This document shows positions 12,335 to 24,330 of a stretch of DNA of 55,763 bases, in pieces. The notes under the pieces are model-generated. The model had not been told where the DNA came from. It ran no database searches and worked only from the letters and a program-made list of their open reading frames with translations. Made by a program: the position numbers and the translations under genes. This DNA comes from Paraspadella gotoi. Taxonomy: Eukaryota > Animalia > Chaetognatha. Location: NCBI GenBank assembly GCA_051294375.1, contig CM119270.1, forward strand, positions 17,770,103 through 17,825,865. Direction: 5' to 3'. Numbering within the stretch: the stretch's first letter is position 1; each line of letters begins with the position of its first letter.

Positions 12335-12337
12335 TTT
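12301..12337. promoter_or_regulatory. E2F-type site plus an inverted pair of YY1/Pho-type sites
   Basis: TTTCCCGCCAAA (12301-12312), AAAATGGC (12310-12317) and GCCATTTT (12330-12337); the last two form an 8-bp inverted repeat. Confidence 0.45.
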
Positions 12338-12370
12338 TCGTTCTTCCTTTAATTTCCTCTTCACTTTTTC

Positions 12371-12395
12371 NNNNNNNNNNNNNNNNNNNNNNNNN
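12371..12395. other. 25-N placeholder gap (also 18342-18366, 22453-22477, 32827-32851, 45861-45885)
   Basis: Five gaps of exactly 25 N, unlike the variable-length gaps after 40 kb; consistent with placeholders from long-read gap-filling software such as PBJelly. Confidence 0.85.
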
Positions 12396-12842
12396 CGCAC
12401 TAAAATTATGTCTTCCTTGGCACGAGTCATCCTTTATGGTGGTCGGAGGTGTCGTCTTGTTGATGGCTAGGTAGCTCTCGCATCGGCGGGAGGTTGGAGA
12501 CGAGACCTACCCGTTGGCAATCGACGCATGGTGGCCTAAGAATCCGGTCGAGAGGAGTTCCGCATAATTCCCTAGCACACATTTTTGTCGTTGTATCGAC
12601 TAAGCGTTGCTGTGAAGGAATGTCGAAGACTTCTCTTGAGTGATGACTGCTCATGTCTTGCCTTGATAGAATTCTTTGGAGCGACTAAGTAATGCTCGTC
12701 GATGTACACGAGAGCTAGGGAAGGCCATCCACAGCTTCGTCGGGCTATGCAAGGCGCTGAAACGCTCCTGTCCGCGTTTTCAATCCAAATGGAGTACGCG
12801 GGAACACCATATACGACAAAAGGGTAATTACTCTGTTTTGGG
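12396..12842 (-). mobile_element. Ty3/gypsy LTR-retrotransposon pol fragment (reverse transcriptase), frameshifted
   Basis: Stitching minus-strand frames gives RT motifs in the expected order: KT..VIT.F, FPRTPFGLK(NA) (PFGLK 12778-12792), AFQRL, LALVYID(D)I (12691-12706, one extra base), REVFDI/LHSN, KCVLG (12570-12584), FLGHH (~12528-12542), AINK..PPTTIKD. Truncated by the 25-N gap. Confidence 0.9.
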
Positions 12843-13108
12843 GCTTTGTTTCCCTCGGTCCGGGCGGCCTCAGTACGCGGTCCGATGCCCGACTGACCCT
12901 GCGGGTCTTCTCTTTACTCTACATCTTCTTCTCGTTCTCCTTCCAGCCGGGTTCGCTCGCGGAGATTCCGGACATCAATATGGGACGTCCGCATCGGGAA
13001 GGCGATCCCCGATTTGATGCATTTAAAGATTTAAAAATATATTTTATCATATTTTGTATTGGAACTACGTTCGTAGAGGTGGCTGCTTCGTGACGAACTA
13101 CTTTCGTG

Positions 13109-13418
13109 GCCAATCTATGTGGGTTTTCAATTCTATGGGTGCAATACTGATGGGCTCAATCCTTTCGGCCCAATGCTAAGTGGGTGGAATCCAACACGGG
13201 TTCATCCTATTTTGGGCGCAATACTATGGGCGGAATCTAGCGTGCGCGCAGTCTTTATGTGGGCGCAATTTACGTGGGCGGAATTCCTACTGGGCGGAAT
13301 CGCCATGTGGGCGCAATCTTACGTGGGCGGAATACTATGGGTGCAATTCTATGTGGGCGCAATGCTACTGGGTGCAATCCTTGGGTGCAATTTTATGGGC
13401 CCAATAATACCGTGGGCC
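13109..13418. repeat. ~18-20 bp minisatellite with TGGGCGCAAT/TGGGCGGAAT core
   Basis: About 15 degenerate units; explains ORFs at 13119-13465. A similar GTGGGC-based array lies at ~55190-55315. Confidence 0.85.
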
Positions 13419-13696
13419 TCCTCGCGACTACCATTTTGAAATACGTCAATAAGGTATATCATTAATACCATTGGTGGATTCTCGTGTCTAAAATAAGTAG
13501 ATAGTAAATTATTATCTTTGCTATGGTATAATCTTCCTTTTTGGAGAAAAAGAAATTTTTTATTGTAAGTTTACAAACAACGATTTTTATTCATACATGT
13601 TACAAATTGTTCATGCAGTTTCGACTTTATTTTCCGACCCTTCATGAGCGCTCTTCGACATGTGAAATATTATTTGATAAATGCGCGAATAAAGTG

Positions 13697-13745
<49 letters not shown>

Positions 13746-16242
13746 TGTGTGTTCAAAATATAGATAATCTTGCGTGATAATTAATAATTAATAATAATTA
13801 TTGATTGTCTGATTGATTGATTGATTGACCATCCAAACAACAGAAACTCACTGAATAACTGACAGACAGACCAAATGACTGATAGAGACAGACCGTACAA
13901 CTGACTGACAGCATGACCAACCTATGATTAATAAGACAAAATCTCCGATAAGCAGATCGCGCTAAAAATCAGAAATAGAAAGTTTATTCATAGTAAGTAC
14001 TCACTTCTGCGTGTCGTATCCATTCCAGAAGTTTTTCAGGTAACACTGTGCTCGCATAACTTTTGCCCAGTATCGCTTCAAAGGGTAGACAGCAACTCAT
14101 GTTTTCTATACCACCCAAAGGTAGTCGCGGAAGAAAACATTTCCATTCGCTCTTCAGTTTGCTCATCGATTATCTTAGTTTTATTTTGGTAGCATTTTTT
14201 TCCAGGAAGAGAGAATATTTTTTAGAGTTTCAAAAAAAAAAACATTTTTTAATGATGAATCACCGATGAATCAAACTTATTTTCCAAATCGATAATAAGT
14301 AAGTCCGACAAAACATTATCACTTGGTGTCACTGCTTCGATACTGATGTCTGAATGTATTTTTTTTTTTGTTTTGAGACATTTTTTGATTTTCATTAAAA
14401 AGTTTTTATTGTAAAAATGAGAGGAGATCCAATAATAAGAAGAATAATTTTGGCAAAATGAGCCTGTGTAAAAAATAATTATTGTTTGATCGAAAAATAT
14501 CTGTTTCGTTAATGTTGTGTGTTGTTGTTGTTAATTAATCTTGTTTCAAAAAAGAGCATTCGGAACGATCGACTGAAACCATATGCTCGTCGTCGTCATC
14601 GGTCGTCGTCCATCGTCGTCGTTGTTGGGGTCAAAATACCAAAAAAAAAATAGCCATCCGCGATCCTGTCTCCGGACGTCGTCCTATTGATCCCGCGATT
14701 TCTCCCTGATCAGAGAGATAATTTCTCCGGATCCGCGACGTCTGAGTCCGCGGCAGATTGGCCGGCCGACATGAGCCGCCACAGTGCTCGGTGTTCGGCT
14801 ACATAACGACTGAGATCTCGGGGTTGGTGCAAGGGCACAGGGACACTCTAGATGCGGTTGTCATGGAGTTTCCTCGATGTTGGTCATTCGTGCGACGAAT
14901 GCGCCGGCAGCAGTTTTTTTATCATCGCTAGACGGGCTTAAGCCAGTCTCTAGCCGGCATGATTTTGGTTCACTTCTATCTTTGTTAGGGATTAGCAGTA
15001 TTCGACGAAATTTTATTTTTCTAATCGCCGAAAAAATAATAAGGGAATTTGATTCCAAAAAACAAGGGCTTTTTAAAATATTTACTGTAGGAACGATACT
15101 GAAAAGAAAAATTTTAATTGTTTTAAATCTGGGTACTGGTAAAAACGCAAAAAAGAATCTTTCAAATAAGAAAAATATTGTAATCCAAGATACTAGAAAG
15201 CAATATTTATTTTGGTTATTGTGTGCGCAAAAAGCACTAGGCCCAATATTCCTATCGCAAAGAGAACCTCTGGCGTCTTGAGAGGGAGGTGATCGAAACT
15301 GCGGATTCTCTTCTCGAGCACAATATGATCATTTCTAATGAATCTCCCCGCCAAAAATGATAGCGCCAAAAATGCGCCAGCAGACGAGTTACTGGATGAT
15401 AGGTCAGACTTTTTATGTACTTACTGTCGAGAATTTGGTATATCTTAAGGCCTATGATCATCAACCATGTATGAAAACTGATAGCTAATACTATTTGGCT
15501 ACGTATTGTAAGATATTAATCATGCCTTTTACAGATCGTGCTACAACATACTCTACTCCTTTGCTAAATATACATAATACTATAATTATTATATAATGTG
15601 GTAATATTGACTTTATTAATGATTGAGGTCCTTTTTGTTGTTTCGAGACCAAAGTTCAAATATAAACCTAAAGAACCCGATTGTTGATCCACAATTTCTA
15701 CTGATACTTTTAATAAAATTGGGGTCCGCACTGACTGTTCATCATATCGTGGTGTGAGAGAGAGAGTTTATTGTCTAATGATTGGATATATTGTAGACTA
15801 TAAAAACTATTCAGGTTTATGTTCTTTGGAATATTTAAAGACATTAAGAACCTCGAAAAATAATCGATTTAAGTATGGAGATTTGGGTATGAAAAAATAA
15901 AAGAGAAAAGAAAAGGGAGGAAAGGGAGAGATGAGGGAAATTAGTAAGTGAGCGGCAGTTTTAAATTGACGTCAGTATGTTTCTACGCCATTTCTTTGCA
16001 AATTAACTTGGCGAGCACACTCTCTGACTGCAACAACAAAACAACGGAGTCAAATGCACGACAAACTCCATGAGAGAGAGGAGAGAAGAAGGAGTAGGAA
16101 GATAGTGAGGAGAAGAGAGAGAGAGAGAAGAGAGAGAGACAGAGAGAGAAGAAGTAAAGGTAAAAGAGAATACAGAACTAAATGTTAAAGGATGAAAAGC
16201 AGAAAATCGAAAAGGATCCCAGAGAGAGAGAGAGAGAGAGAG

Positions 16243-16689
16243 AAAGATTGGCAGACAGACATACAGTCATACTGACGCAGAGATATGAAGTGAGGCAGGC
16301 AGTTTAACAGATGCGGACAAACAGTCAGTAAGAAAGATTACCAGAACGACAGCAGACAGACATACCCACAGACAGACACACAGACAAGAGACAGACAGAC
16401 AGACTGAGAGCCAGGCTCAAATGGAAGCGCAAAGGAGAGAAGCAGATTAAGTAAAGGGAATCATCATAATTTGCGTTGCGTCGTTTTATGAATTTTTGAA
16501 TATGTATTTTCTCTCCCCCCATCCCGCATATCCCTTTCAATTCAAGAACCGCGAATTCAAAACAAATGTAAAACAATTGTAAAACAAATGTAATACCTTT
16601 ATGATAGGATTTTAAATAATATACCCTCTTCTATCTCTCTTTTTTGACCGAAAACGCTTTGTCAAAAATTTAGCATCGACGATTTAAAC
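16243..16689 (+). repeat. ~450-bp segment present three times (also 17594-18031 and ~26087-26570)
   Basis: Shared sequence from AAAGATTGGCAGACAGACATACAG to TAGCATCGACGATTTAAAC; copies differ mainly by small indels. Confidence 0.9.
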
Positions 16690-16745
16690 GAGAGAGAACG
16701 AGAGACGTCACAGGCACTCGTGAGTCGTGAAGGTGAATCGTCACC

Positions 16746-16836
<91 letters not shown>

Positions 16837-16879
16837 CCTCTCTCCCCCCTCTCCCCTCTCCCACTCTCTCTCTCCCGAA

Positions 16880-17213
16880 TTCACGTCGTTTTCCAATCGA
16901 ATTCGATCGATTTCACGTGAGATTCGAGCCTCCATTTCTTTCACGTCGGCCCACCTCAATCAATGTCTCGCGCTCCTATTCAAACCTCGCGTAGGGGTGA
17001 GTTAGTAGGGTAGGTAAGGCAGAGTATCACGCATAAAAACTAATCTTTTCTTCCTGGTTCACGTCCCTCCTTCCCGGTGCGGCCAGTCGCTTTGCTATTT
17101 TCTGGATCTGTTTTGATCTCGTCCAAGCTTTTGAACCTACCCGCCTTCACGGCCAGTCGCTGTGAAAATGTCAATCTCTCACAGTAAACGCCGTTGCCTT
17201 CGTTAAACGTGAA
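16880..17213. promoter_or_regulatory. Homotypic cluster of TTCACGT heptamers
   Basis: TTCACGT at 16880, 16912, 16940 and 17058, and its reverse complement at 17207, in otherwise non-repetitive sequence. Confidence 0.35.
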
Positions 17214-17521
17214 CATTGGAGACATTTTGTATAAAAAAAAGTGTATTATAAAGGGATTTTAATATATTGTGGTGATTTTATTATGTAGAGGTGATTAATA
17301 TTCGAAATCCCCTGGAGTTCCAGAGATTTTCATTTCTTTTTTTTTTTTTCTTCTTTTTTTCAAAAATTTTTTTTCCATCATCGGGATCATTTACTCCAGT
17401 CGTTTTCAAAAAAAAAAAGTTTTCCCATTTAAATCGGTGCCAAGAGCATCTGTCCGGTAACTATGCGAGTGAAAAAAATGTTGGAGAGAGAGAGAAGAGA
17501 GAGAGACGAGAGAAAGAGAAG

Positions 17522-17567
<46 letters not shown>

Positions 17568-18032
17568 GAGAAAGGAGAGAGAGAAGAGGAGGAGAAAGAT
17601 TGGCAGACAGACATACAGTCATACTGACGCAGAGATATGAAGTGAGCAGGCAGTTTACAGATGCGGACAAAACAGTCAGTAAAGAAAGATTACCCAGAAC
17701 GACAGCAGACAGACATACCCACAGACAGACACACAGACAAGAGAAGACAGACAGACTGAGAGCCAGGCTCAAATGGAAGCGCAAAGGAGAGAAGCAGATT
17801 AAGTAAAGGGAATCATCATAATTTGCGTTGCGTCCCGTTTTATGAATTTTTGAATAAGTATTTTCTCTCCCCCATCCCGCATTCCCCCTTTCAACTTCAA
17901 GAACCGCGAATTCAAAACACAATGTTAATACCTTTATGATAGGATTTTATTAAAATAATATACCCTCTTCTATCTCTCTTTTTTTGACCGAAAACGCTTT
18001 GTCAAAAAAAATTTAGCATCGACGATTTAAAC

Positions 18033-18112
<80 letters not shown>

Positions 18113-18895
18113 TTTTTTTATTATCGTAAAGAAAGATAGAAATGGAGTGAGCGACGAGAAGAAGAGAGAGAAAAGAGAGAGAAGAGACAGAGAGAGAAGA
18201 GAGAGAGAGAGAGAGATGAGAGAAGAGAGAGAAGAGAGAGAGAGAGGAGAGAGAGAAGAGTAGCGATCCCATTTTCTTAGGGTGTCAATATTTCCGTCTC
18301 ATTTTTTTCTCTTCGTTCTTTATGACGCCAACGATTTTTTTNNNNNNNNNNNNNNNNNNNNNNNNNATTTTTTTAGTTTATTTTTTTTAAATATCTTTTC
18401 TCACTTTATTTTCTTCGTCTTAGTCTTTTACTTTTTTCTCCATCTCGCTTAATGTCTTCTCTTTTTTACAAGCGAACATTTATTTTAAAGTTTTTTTTTT
18501 CTCATCCTCCCGCTAATTATAAACGCATTTCTTTCATTCAAGGTTCGTTTACGTCTTTACTCACATAGTTAACTCAGTTCTATTTATAATATCGTTAATT
18601 ATTTTCTCGTTCCCTCTTCCCTTCGAGCGAAAAAAAAATAAAGCGATTAAAAGCAGCTTTTTTTTCCTGCTTCTCAAGGTCCTTCGCAATCTTGATGACA
18701 ACAACGCATATAAAGGACTCGACAGATTTTAATTCTCTTTCGTTTTAAAAATAAATGACTAAGTTTTAAAAAAAAATTGTTTATCCGCTTTTATTTATAT
18801 ACTATAATTTTTTTTCTCGATATCATTTAATTTTTTTCCCTATCGCTTCTCGCGTCTCATTTATTCCCACCGTTTTATTTCCGCGAGTTTTCCTC

Positions 18896-18979
18896 ACCGC
18901 CTGATGTCGCCTGAAGCCGCCTGATACCGTCTGATGCCGCCCGATACCGCCTGATACCGCCTGATACTGCCCGATGCCA
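18896..18979. repeat. 10-bp tandem repeat (ACCGCCTGAT), ~8 copies
   Basis: Read directly; second copy at ~27470-27560. Confidence 0.9.
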
Positions 18980-19267
18980 TCTTAAAACCCAAACGAGCAA
19001 AGTTGCCACCTGATTCCGAACCTCAGAGAGAATGACAATCAACCGACGTCGATTTTAACCACGTGAGGCGCTCATCTCTCACAGTCACAATCCGGAGTGA
19101 AAATTAATCCTGAAAACTTAATTCACATCTGAACCTCAACTCGAGGCTTTTTCACTCGTGAAAACAATCACAATCACGCAACAGTTCTTCAGTCACCGCT
19201 TTTAACAATTAAGTACCCCGTACTAAATTTAATTGACCGCATCGCAATCTTTCTCAAATCACTCTTT

Positions 19268-19382
19268 AAATCACTCGACGATCGCTCTCCATATCACTCG
19301 CCGATCGCTCTCTGAATCACTCGCCGATCGCTCTCTAAATCACTCTCCGATCGCTCTCTAAATCATTCGCCCATCGTCTCTC
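19268..19382. repeat. 23-bp tandem repeat (AAATCACTCGCCGATCGCTCTCT), 5 copies
   Basis: TCA(C/T)T anchor at 19271, 19294, 19317, 19340 and 19363. Confidence 0.9.
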
Positions 19383-19596
19383 TCGAAATTCGACCTTGGG
19401 AGACTCCTTCATCTGGGCTCAATCGAGTCCCACTTGATCAAAGCCCCGCGAATCATTGACTGAACTTACCCAGTCAAACCCTCACCCATTTCCTCTTCAC
19501 ACTTTCTCATCTTCCCCCTTCTTCCTCACCTTCCTTCCTCATCTAACTTACCTGAAACCCACCTCACGTTCCTCACCCGTTAACCCTTTTTCTCAG

Positions 19597-19810
19597 AACG
19601 AGACTTGTACCAAAAATAACCTACTTCGTGTCGGGTCTTTCCGATCGAGTCGTCGGGGGCGCCTCACACTGCCTTACCCTCGGCGCCTCACCCTGCCTTA
19701 CCCTCGGCGCCGCACTCCCTTCCCGAGCACCGGACGTCGCCCCCGAATCGCGCCAGGGGGCGCTTCGTCGCCAAAAGGCGTCTGGCTTTCTAAGCGATCG
19801 ACGAGAGGAA
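19597..19810 (+). other. Candidate 214-nt GC-rich exon of unknown coding status, with an internal 24-bp duplication
   Basis: Preceded by TTAACCCTTTTTCTCAG (branch point, pyrimidine tract, AG) and followed by GAA|GTAAGG. Two frames are open; no recognisable protein. Donor-like motifs also occur on the minus strand. Confidence 0.3.
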
Positions 19811-19814
19811 GTAA

Positions 19815-20020
19815 GGTTTAGAGTTTGGGGTTTGGGGTCTTGGGATTTGGGTTGGAGTTTAGGTTTACGGTTGTGGCGTATAGGGTTTAATGTGTCTTAG
19901 AGTTCATGTTTAGGCTTTTTAATTTGGGTTTAGGTTCTAGGGTTTAGGGTTATGTGTTTGCCGGTTTTGTGTTTAGGGTTTAGGTTTTGGGTTTAGGGTT
20001 TAGGGTTTAGGGTTTAGGTT
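19815..20020 (+). repeat. Degenerate interstitial (TTTAGGG)n-like repeat
   Basis: Perfect TTTAGGG units at ~19992-20012 with degenerate units upstream; a longer copy lies at ~28405-28705. Confidence 0.8.
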
Positions 20021-20135
20021 AAGGCTGCTCTTAATCATAGAGATTATGAAATTGCTACAAACAAAATAAAAATTGCTACAAAGATTTCTCCACCCTTTCC
20101 TTGTCAACCTTCAAAGTCATCCCTATTCTACCATA

Positions 20136-20209
20136 AACCAATCAAAACGTTTTCCACTTGTTTCCCAACCCACCCCGCCAGCCTGCACTTTGGCGAGACC
20201 ACTTCCGCC
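20136..20209. promoter_or_regulatory. Promoter-like motif cluster
   Basis: AACCAATCA (CCAAT, 20136), CCCCGCC (GC box, 20173), TTTGGCG (E2F-like, 20189) and ACTTCCGCC (ETS-like, 20201) within 75 bp. Confidence 0.3.
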
Positions 20210-20653
20210 TTAGATTCATTAAGCGACCCTCATTTGCGAAGACGACGACGACGACGACGACGACGAGAAAGACGAAGGAGAGAAGACGACGACAACGACA
20301 ATGACGATAACGACAAAGAGAAGACGACGATGACTACGACGATATCTGCGCCTCTTGCCTTGCGTTTGTATCGATGAATAACAACAAAAATCGGTTATCA
20401 TCGAAAAAGAGGAAAACAACAAAGACAATGACGATTGGATGATGAAAAAAATAGAAAAATTACGATGAAAACGAAGATGAAAATGACGAAGAAGAAGAGG
20501 ACAACGACGAGGAAGAAGAGAACAACGACGACAACGACGAAGACGAAGACGACGACCACGTGTAAGCGATCGTCTTTTCTTTTTCATTATTCCTCCTTTT
20601 TTATGACCATTTTTAAGGGGCGCCCATTACTTATGCACGAACGGTGCTCAAAA

Positions 20654-20773
<120 letters not shown>

Positions 20774-21459
20774 GGACGAACGAGTCTTTTTTTGTGAATT
20801 GGACACTTTGTCCCATCTCGTGTTCACAGGAATCTTCCCATTTTGTCCCTGTGTGAGCCTCATCCCATTTCAACTTGGTTCTCTCTCAAGTTTTAACTTG
20901 TTTGTCTTAATGTCCCAAAATGTCCAAAGGCGTCTCTCCGGATTGGGACTTGGAGGAAGGAAGAGATAAATTTAGTTGTAACAATTATTTATGAATAGTA
21001 AACGTATAAACTTGACGTAATGATTCAGCGATTCGATTCGATTTCTAAGAAATATTCAAATGAATAAAAGTCCGATGATGAATCTTCATGAAAGTTTCTT
21101 CCCGCTTTGTTTCTTAAAAATTAAGTTGCTATATGTTCCTTTTCCTTTTTAGCTTTCTTTTTTTCCTTTTTTCTTTCCTTTCCACATTTTTCCCCTGCGA
21201 TTTTTACGAAGAGATTCAAGTGGTTATATCATCCGGTTCATTAATTCCTACTCTTCTTATTTGTCTTCTCCTCCTTCATCCCGTCCTTTGCCTCCTCTCA
21301 TTTCCTCCTCATTTCCTCCCTTTCGTCCTCTTTCTCTTCCTCCTCTTCAACCTCCTCTTCCTCTTTCTCCTCATCGACCTGAACCGATCGAACACAATCC
21401 CCGAGTGAGAAATTCCAACCCGAATTGATGGCAGGGAAATTCGGCATTCGGCTGCGGAG

Positions 21460-21780
21460 GCGTCGTCGTCTTTTTCGTCGTCGTCGTCGTCGTCGTCGTC
21501 GTAATCATTGTCATTGTCGGCGTCGTAGTCGTCGTTTTCGTCATCATAGTCGTCGACTTAGTAGTCGTCGTCGTCAGCATCGTCATCGTCTTTGTCGTCG
21601 TCATCTTAGCTGCCATCTTCATCCTCATCGGCATCGTAATCAGAGTCGTCGTTTTCGTCATTGCAGTCGTCGTCATCGTCGTCAAAATTGTCGTCGTCGA
21701 CTTCTTCGTCGTCATCGTCGTCTTCGTCATCATTGTCGGCATGCTCGTCGTCGTGCTCGTCGTCGCCATCATCATCGTCT
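21460..21780. repeat. Degenerate (TCG/TCA)n trinucleotide tract
   Basis: Produces poly-R, poly-S and poly-T ORFs in several frames. Confidence 0.9.
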
Positions 21781-22024
21781 TTTTTTTTTCAAGTGGTCGC
21801 GGACTTTCCTACTTTTGTTTTGTTGTCGTCATCATTATCGTTAAAGGACGCTCGTTTATTTTTCCCAGGTTCGATTTGCTTCTCTAGAAAATTTGTTGAA
21901 AACTCTTTAATATGTATTTATATGTATCAGTTAATATGATCTTATTACATCGAAATTTGTTTCGTGAATAAATTTGGCCGCAAAAATAATTAAGTCAATC
22001 CAAATCACTAGTCTTCAATAAAGA

Positions 22025-22069
22025 AATCAAACAATCAAATCAATCAAACAATCAATCAATCAATCAATT

Positions 22070-22137
<68 letters not shown>

Positions 22138-22175
22138 CGTAAAACAATCAATCAATCAATAAATTAATCAAACAA
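22025..22175. repeat. (AATC)n microsatellite
   Basis: Read directly; duplicate at ~30935-31090. Confidence 0.95.
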
Positions 22176-23589
22176 ATGATCCCTGTATCCATCATTATGA
22201 TCTTTTTCCATGTGATTAAACATGTTTTTTTTCAGCTTTTTTCTTTGACCTTTAATTTTATTAGTTTTTCTTTCCTCCAAAATTCTTCATCGTTTTTGTT
22301 TCTTTCTTTCTTTTTCCTTTTTTCTCTATTTTTTATTCGCTGCTCAATTTTGAAATTTCATCACGTGATCTGTAGTCACGTGACCTCTAGTCATCTCGTC
22401 TCGAATGAAATTCTATTAATATGTAAATTCACCTTCAAAATCACCAACGAAANNNNNNNNNNNNNNNNNNNNNNNNNAAGAGAGAGAATCGCTTTCCTCC
22501 CTCTCTGCTTCCTCTCTTTCCTTCTTCCCTCTTTACGTTCCCCTAGCCCCCTCCTTTCAATCTCACCTTTTCTTTCCCTTCTTCCCTTTCCTAACGTCCC
22601 TTCCTTTTCCCTTCTTTCCTTCCTTCTTTTCTCCCTCTTCTTCCTTCTTTCCTCCTTCCTCCCTCCCTCCCTTTTCCGCCGTCCCTTCCTTTACTTCCTC
22701 CCTCCCTCTCTTTTCTTCTTTCCTCCCTTTCCTTCCTCTTCTTTTCCTTTCCTCCTTCTTTTCATATCCAAGATTCGGGTTTCATCCTCGGGCTCTGGAT
22801 TTTGTTTTTTAAAGAGGAAGATAAAAAAAACGAGACGCCGGCCGAGAAATGTTCCCAATTCTTCTTCGTCATACATCATATCGCCCTCTATCTGTGATAA
22901 ATCTCTCTCTCTCTCATCCTCCTCTCTCCTCTCTCTCTACTTCTCTCCACATCATCTCTCCCTCTCTCTCTCTCTCAAATCTCTCTCCCATCTCTCACTT
23001 CTGGCTTTTTATTTCCTCTCTTCTTCTCTCCTTTCCTTCCCACTTCCTGCTTCCTCCCTATTTTTTACCCTATTTCCTTCCTTCTCTCCTCTCTTACTTT
23101 TTTTTCCCTGCATTTTCCTCCCTTCGCTCCTCGATGCAACATTATTTCTTCTTTCCTTCTCAGAATCTCCTCCCTCCTTTCCTCCCTTCTTTCCTTTCCT
23201 CCTTCTTTCCTTTCCTACCAATCCTCCTCCATCTTCTTTTCCGGTCTCTCGGCGCCGGAATTGGTTTTGAGGTGGAATCGAAAAAGAAGATAACGGGGGT
23301 AATGCGGCGCGCAAATCGGCGGCCGCAAAATCAAAAACCCATGCCGCGTCGCGCTGGGCTTGGGAAGGGGGGTATGGAAGAGGGGCAGCGCGATGGACGA
23401 AATAGAAAGTCGGTCGGAACGGTGATTTCAGGCCGCGTTTAATTTTTTTCTTCTTCCAAGATCCAAGCAGGCCTTCGCCTGGCCTGATTAGCCAGGCCTT
23501 CTGAGGAGAGTGAAGAGGGAGGAAGAGGATGAGAAGGACGAGGAGGAGGAGAGAATAACGACGATGAAAGGATTAAGGGAAAAGGTGGG

Positions 23590-23935
23590 ATGGCGAAAAA
23601 TTGACGATCGATCGAGAATAGGCACCATACATATTTTTTTTATCGTCGAATAAAATATGGCCATCTCATGAGAAGCTCAAGAACGAAAAGATGGCAAAAA
23701 TTGATCGTCATGAAACAGAATGGCAATCATGGCAATGAACCAAAGTGGCAATTGCAAAAGCTTTCCCAGAAATGACAAAAGGACGATAGAAGAAATAATA
23801 ACCGCGAAAATGGCGTTCGGTTACGCGTGTTACCAATGGTAACTTCACGCGAATCGAAGGGTTTGTTCGTCGACTGGTGATTTCGTCTTCCAAGAAGTGG
23901 ATCACGCGCCATTGGGCAGAACCCGTGGGCGGGGA
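23590..23935. promoter_or_regulatory. Regulatory island: RFX X-box-like palindrome, ATGGC (YY1/Pho core) cluster and GC box
   Basis: GTTACCAATGGTAAC (23829-23843) with CGCGT and TCACGCG flanks; ATGGC at 23590, 23657, 23691, 23720, 23729 and 23810; GGGCGGGG near 23927. Mirror copy at ~31780-32125. Confidence 0.4.
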
Positions 23936-24134
23936 GGGGTGGGCCAGGGGGGTTGAAAGGGTGGAGATTTAAGAGGGGGCGATAGCGAGGCGAATTGAGA
24001 ATCTCCCCCCAGGGGGCGATAAGGAGTCCCTCTGGGGAAAAGGGTGAACCGGAGCGAATCCGAGGTTACTCCAAAGGAAAAAAAAAATAACCAAATGGTG
24101 GAATTGAAAAAAAAGAGCAACGCCGGAGGAAAAG

Positions 24135-24279
<145 letters not shown>

Positions 24280-24330
24280 ATTAAACAGCACGGTATAGAG
24301 CCGAGATATTCTCTTGTGAAAATCGGATTT

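Noticed and set aside
13109-13418. CRISPR-like appearance of periodic repeats (also 8641-9140 and 19268-19382)
   Set aside because: Units are short, degenerate and head-to-tail, with no unique spacers, no cas genes and a eukaryotic context.
13984-14166. 60-aa minus ORF with a GAA|GTGAGT donor-like site
   Set aside because: No recognisable homology or partner exon, and it may lie in patched sequence.
19690-19795. DVRCSGRE (minus, SRCR-like) and AKRRLAF (plus, cyclin-binding-like)
   Set aside because: Isolated short matches without the surrounding domain; the AKRRLAF frame has an upstream stop.
22176-23270. Longest ORF (364 aa) and other F/L/S-rich or ER-repeat ORFs
   Set aside because: These are translations of stop-poor polypyrimidine or (AG)n tracts; this one also spans an N gap and a probable inversion junction.
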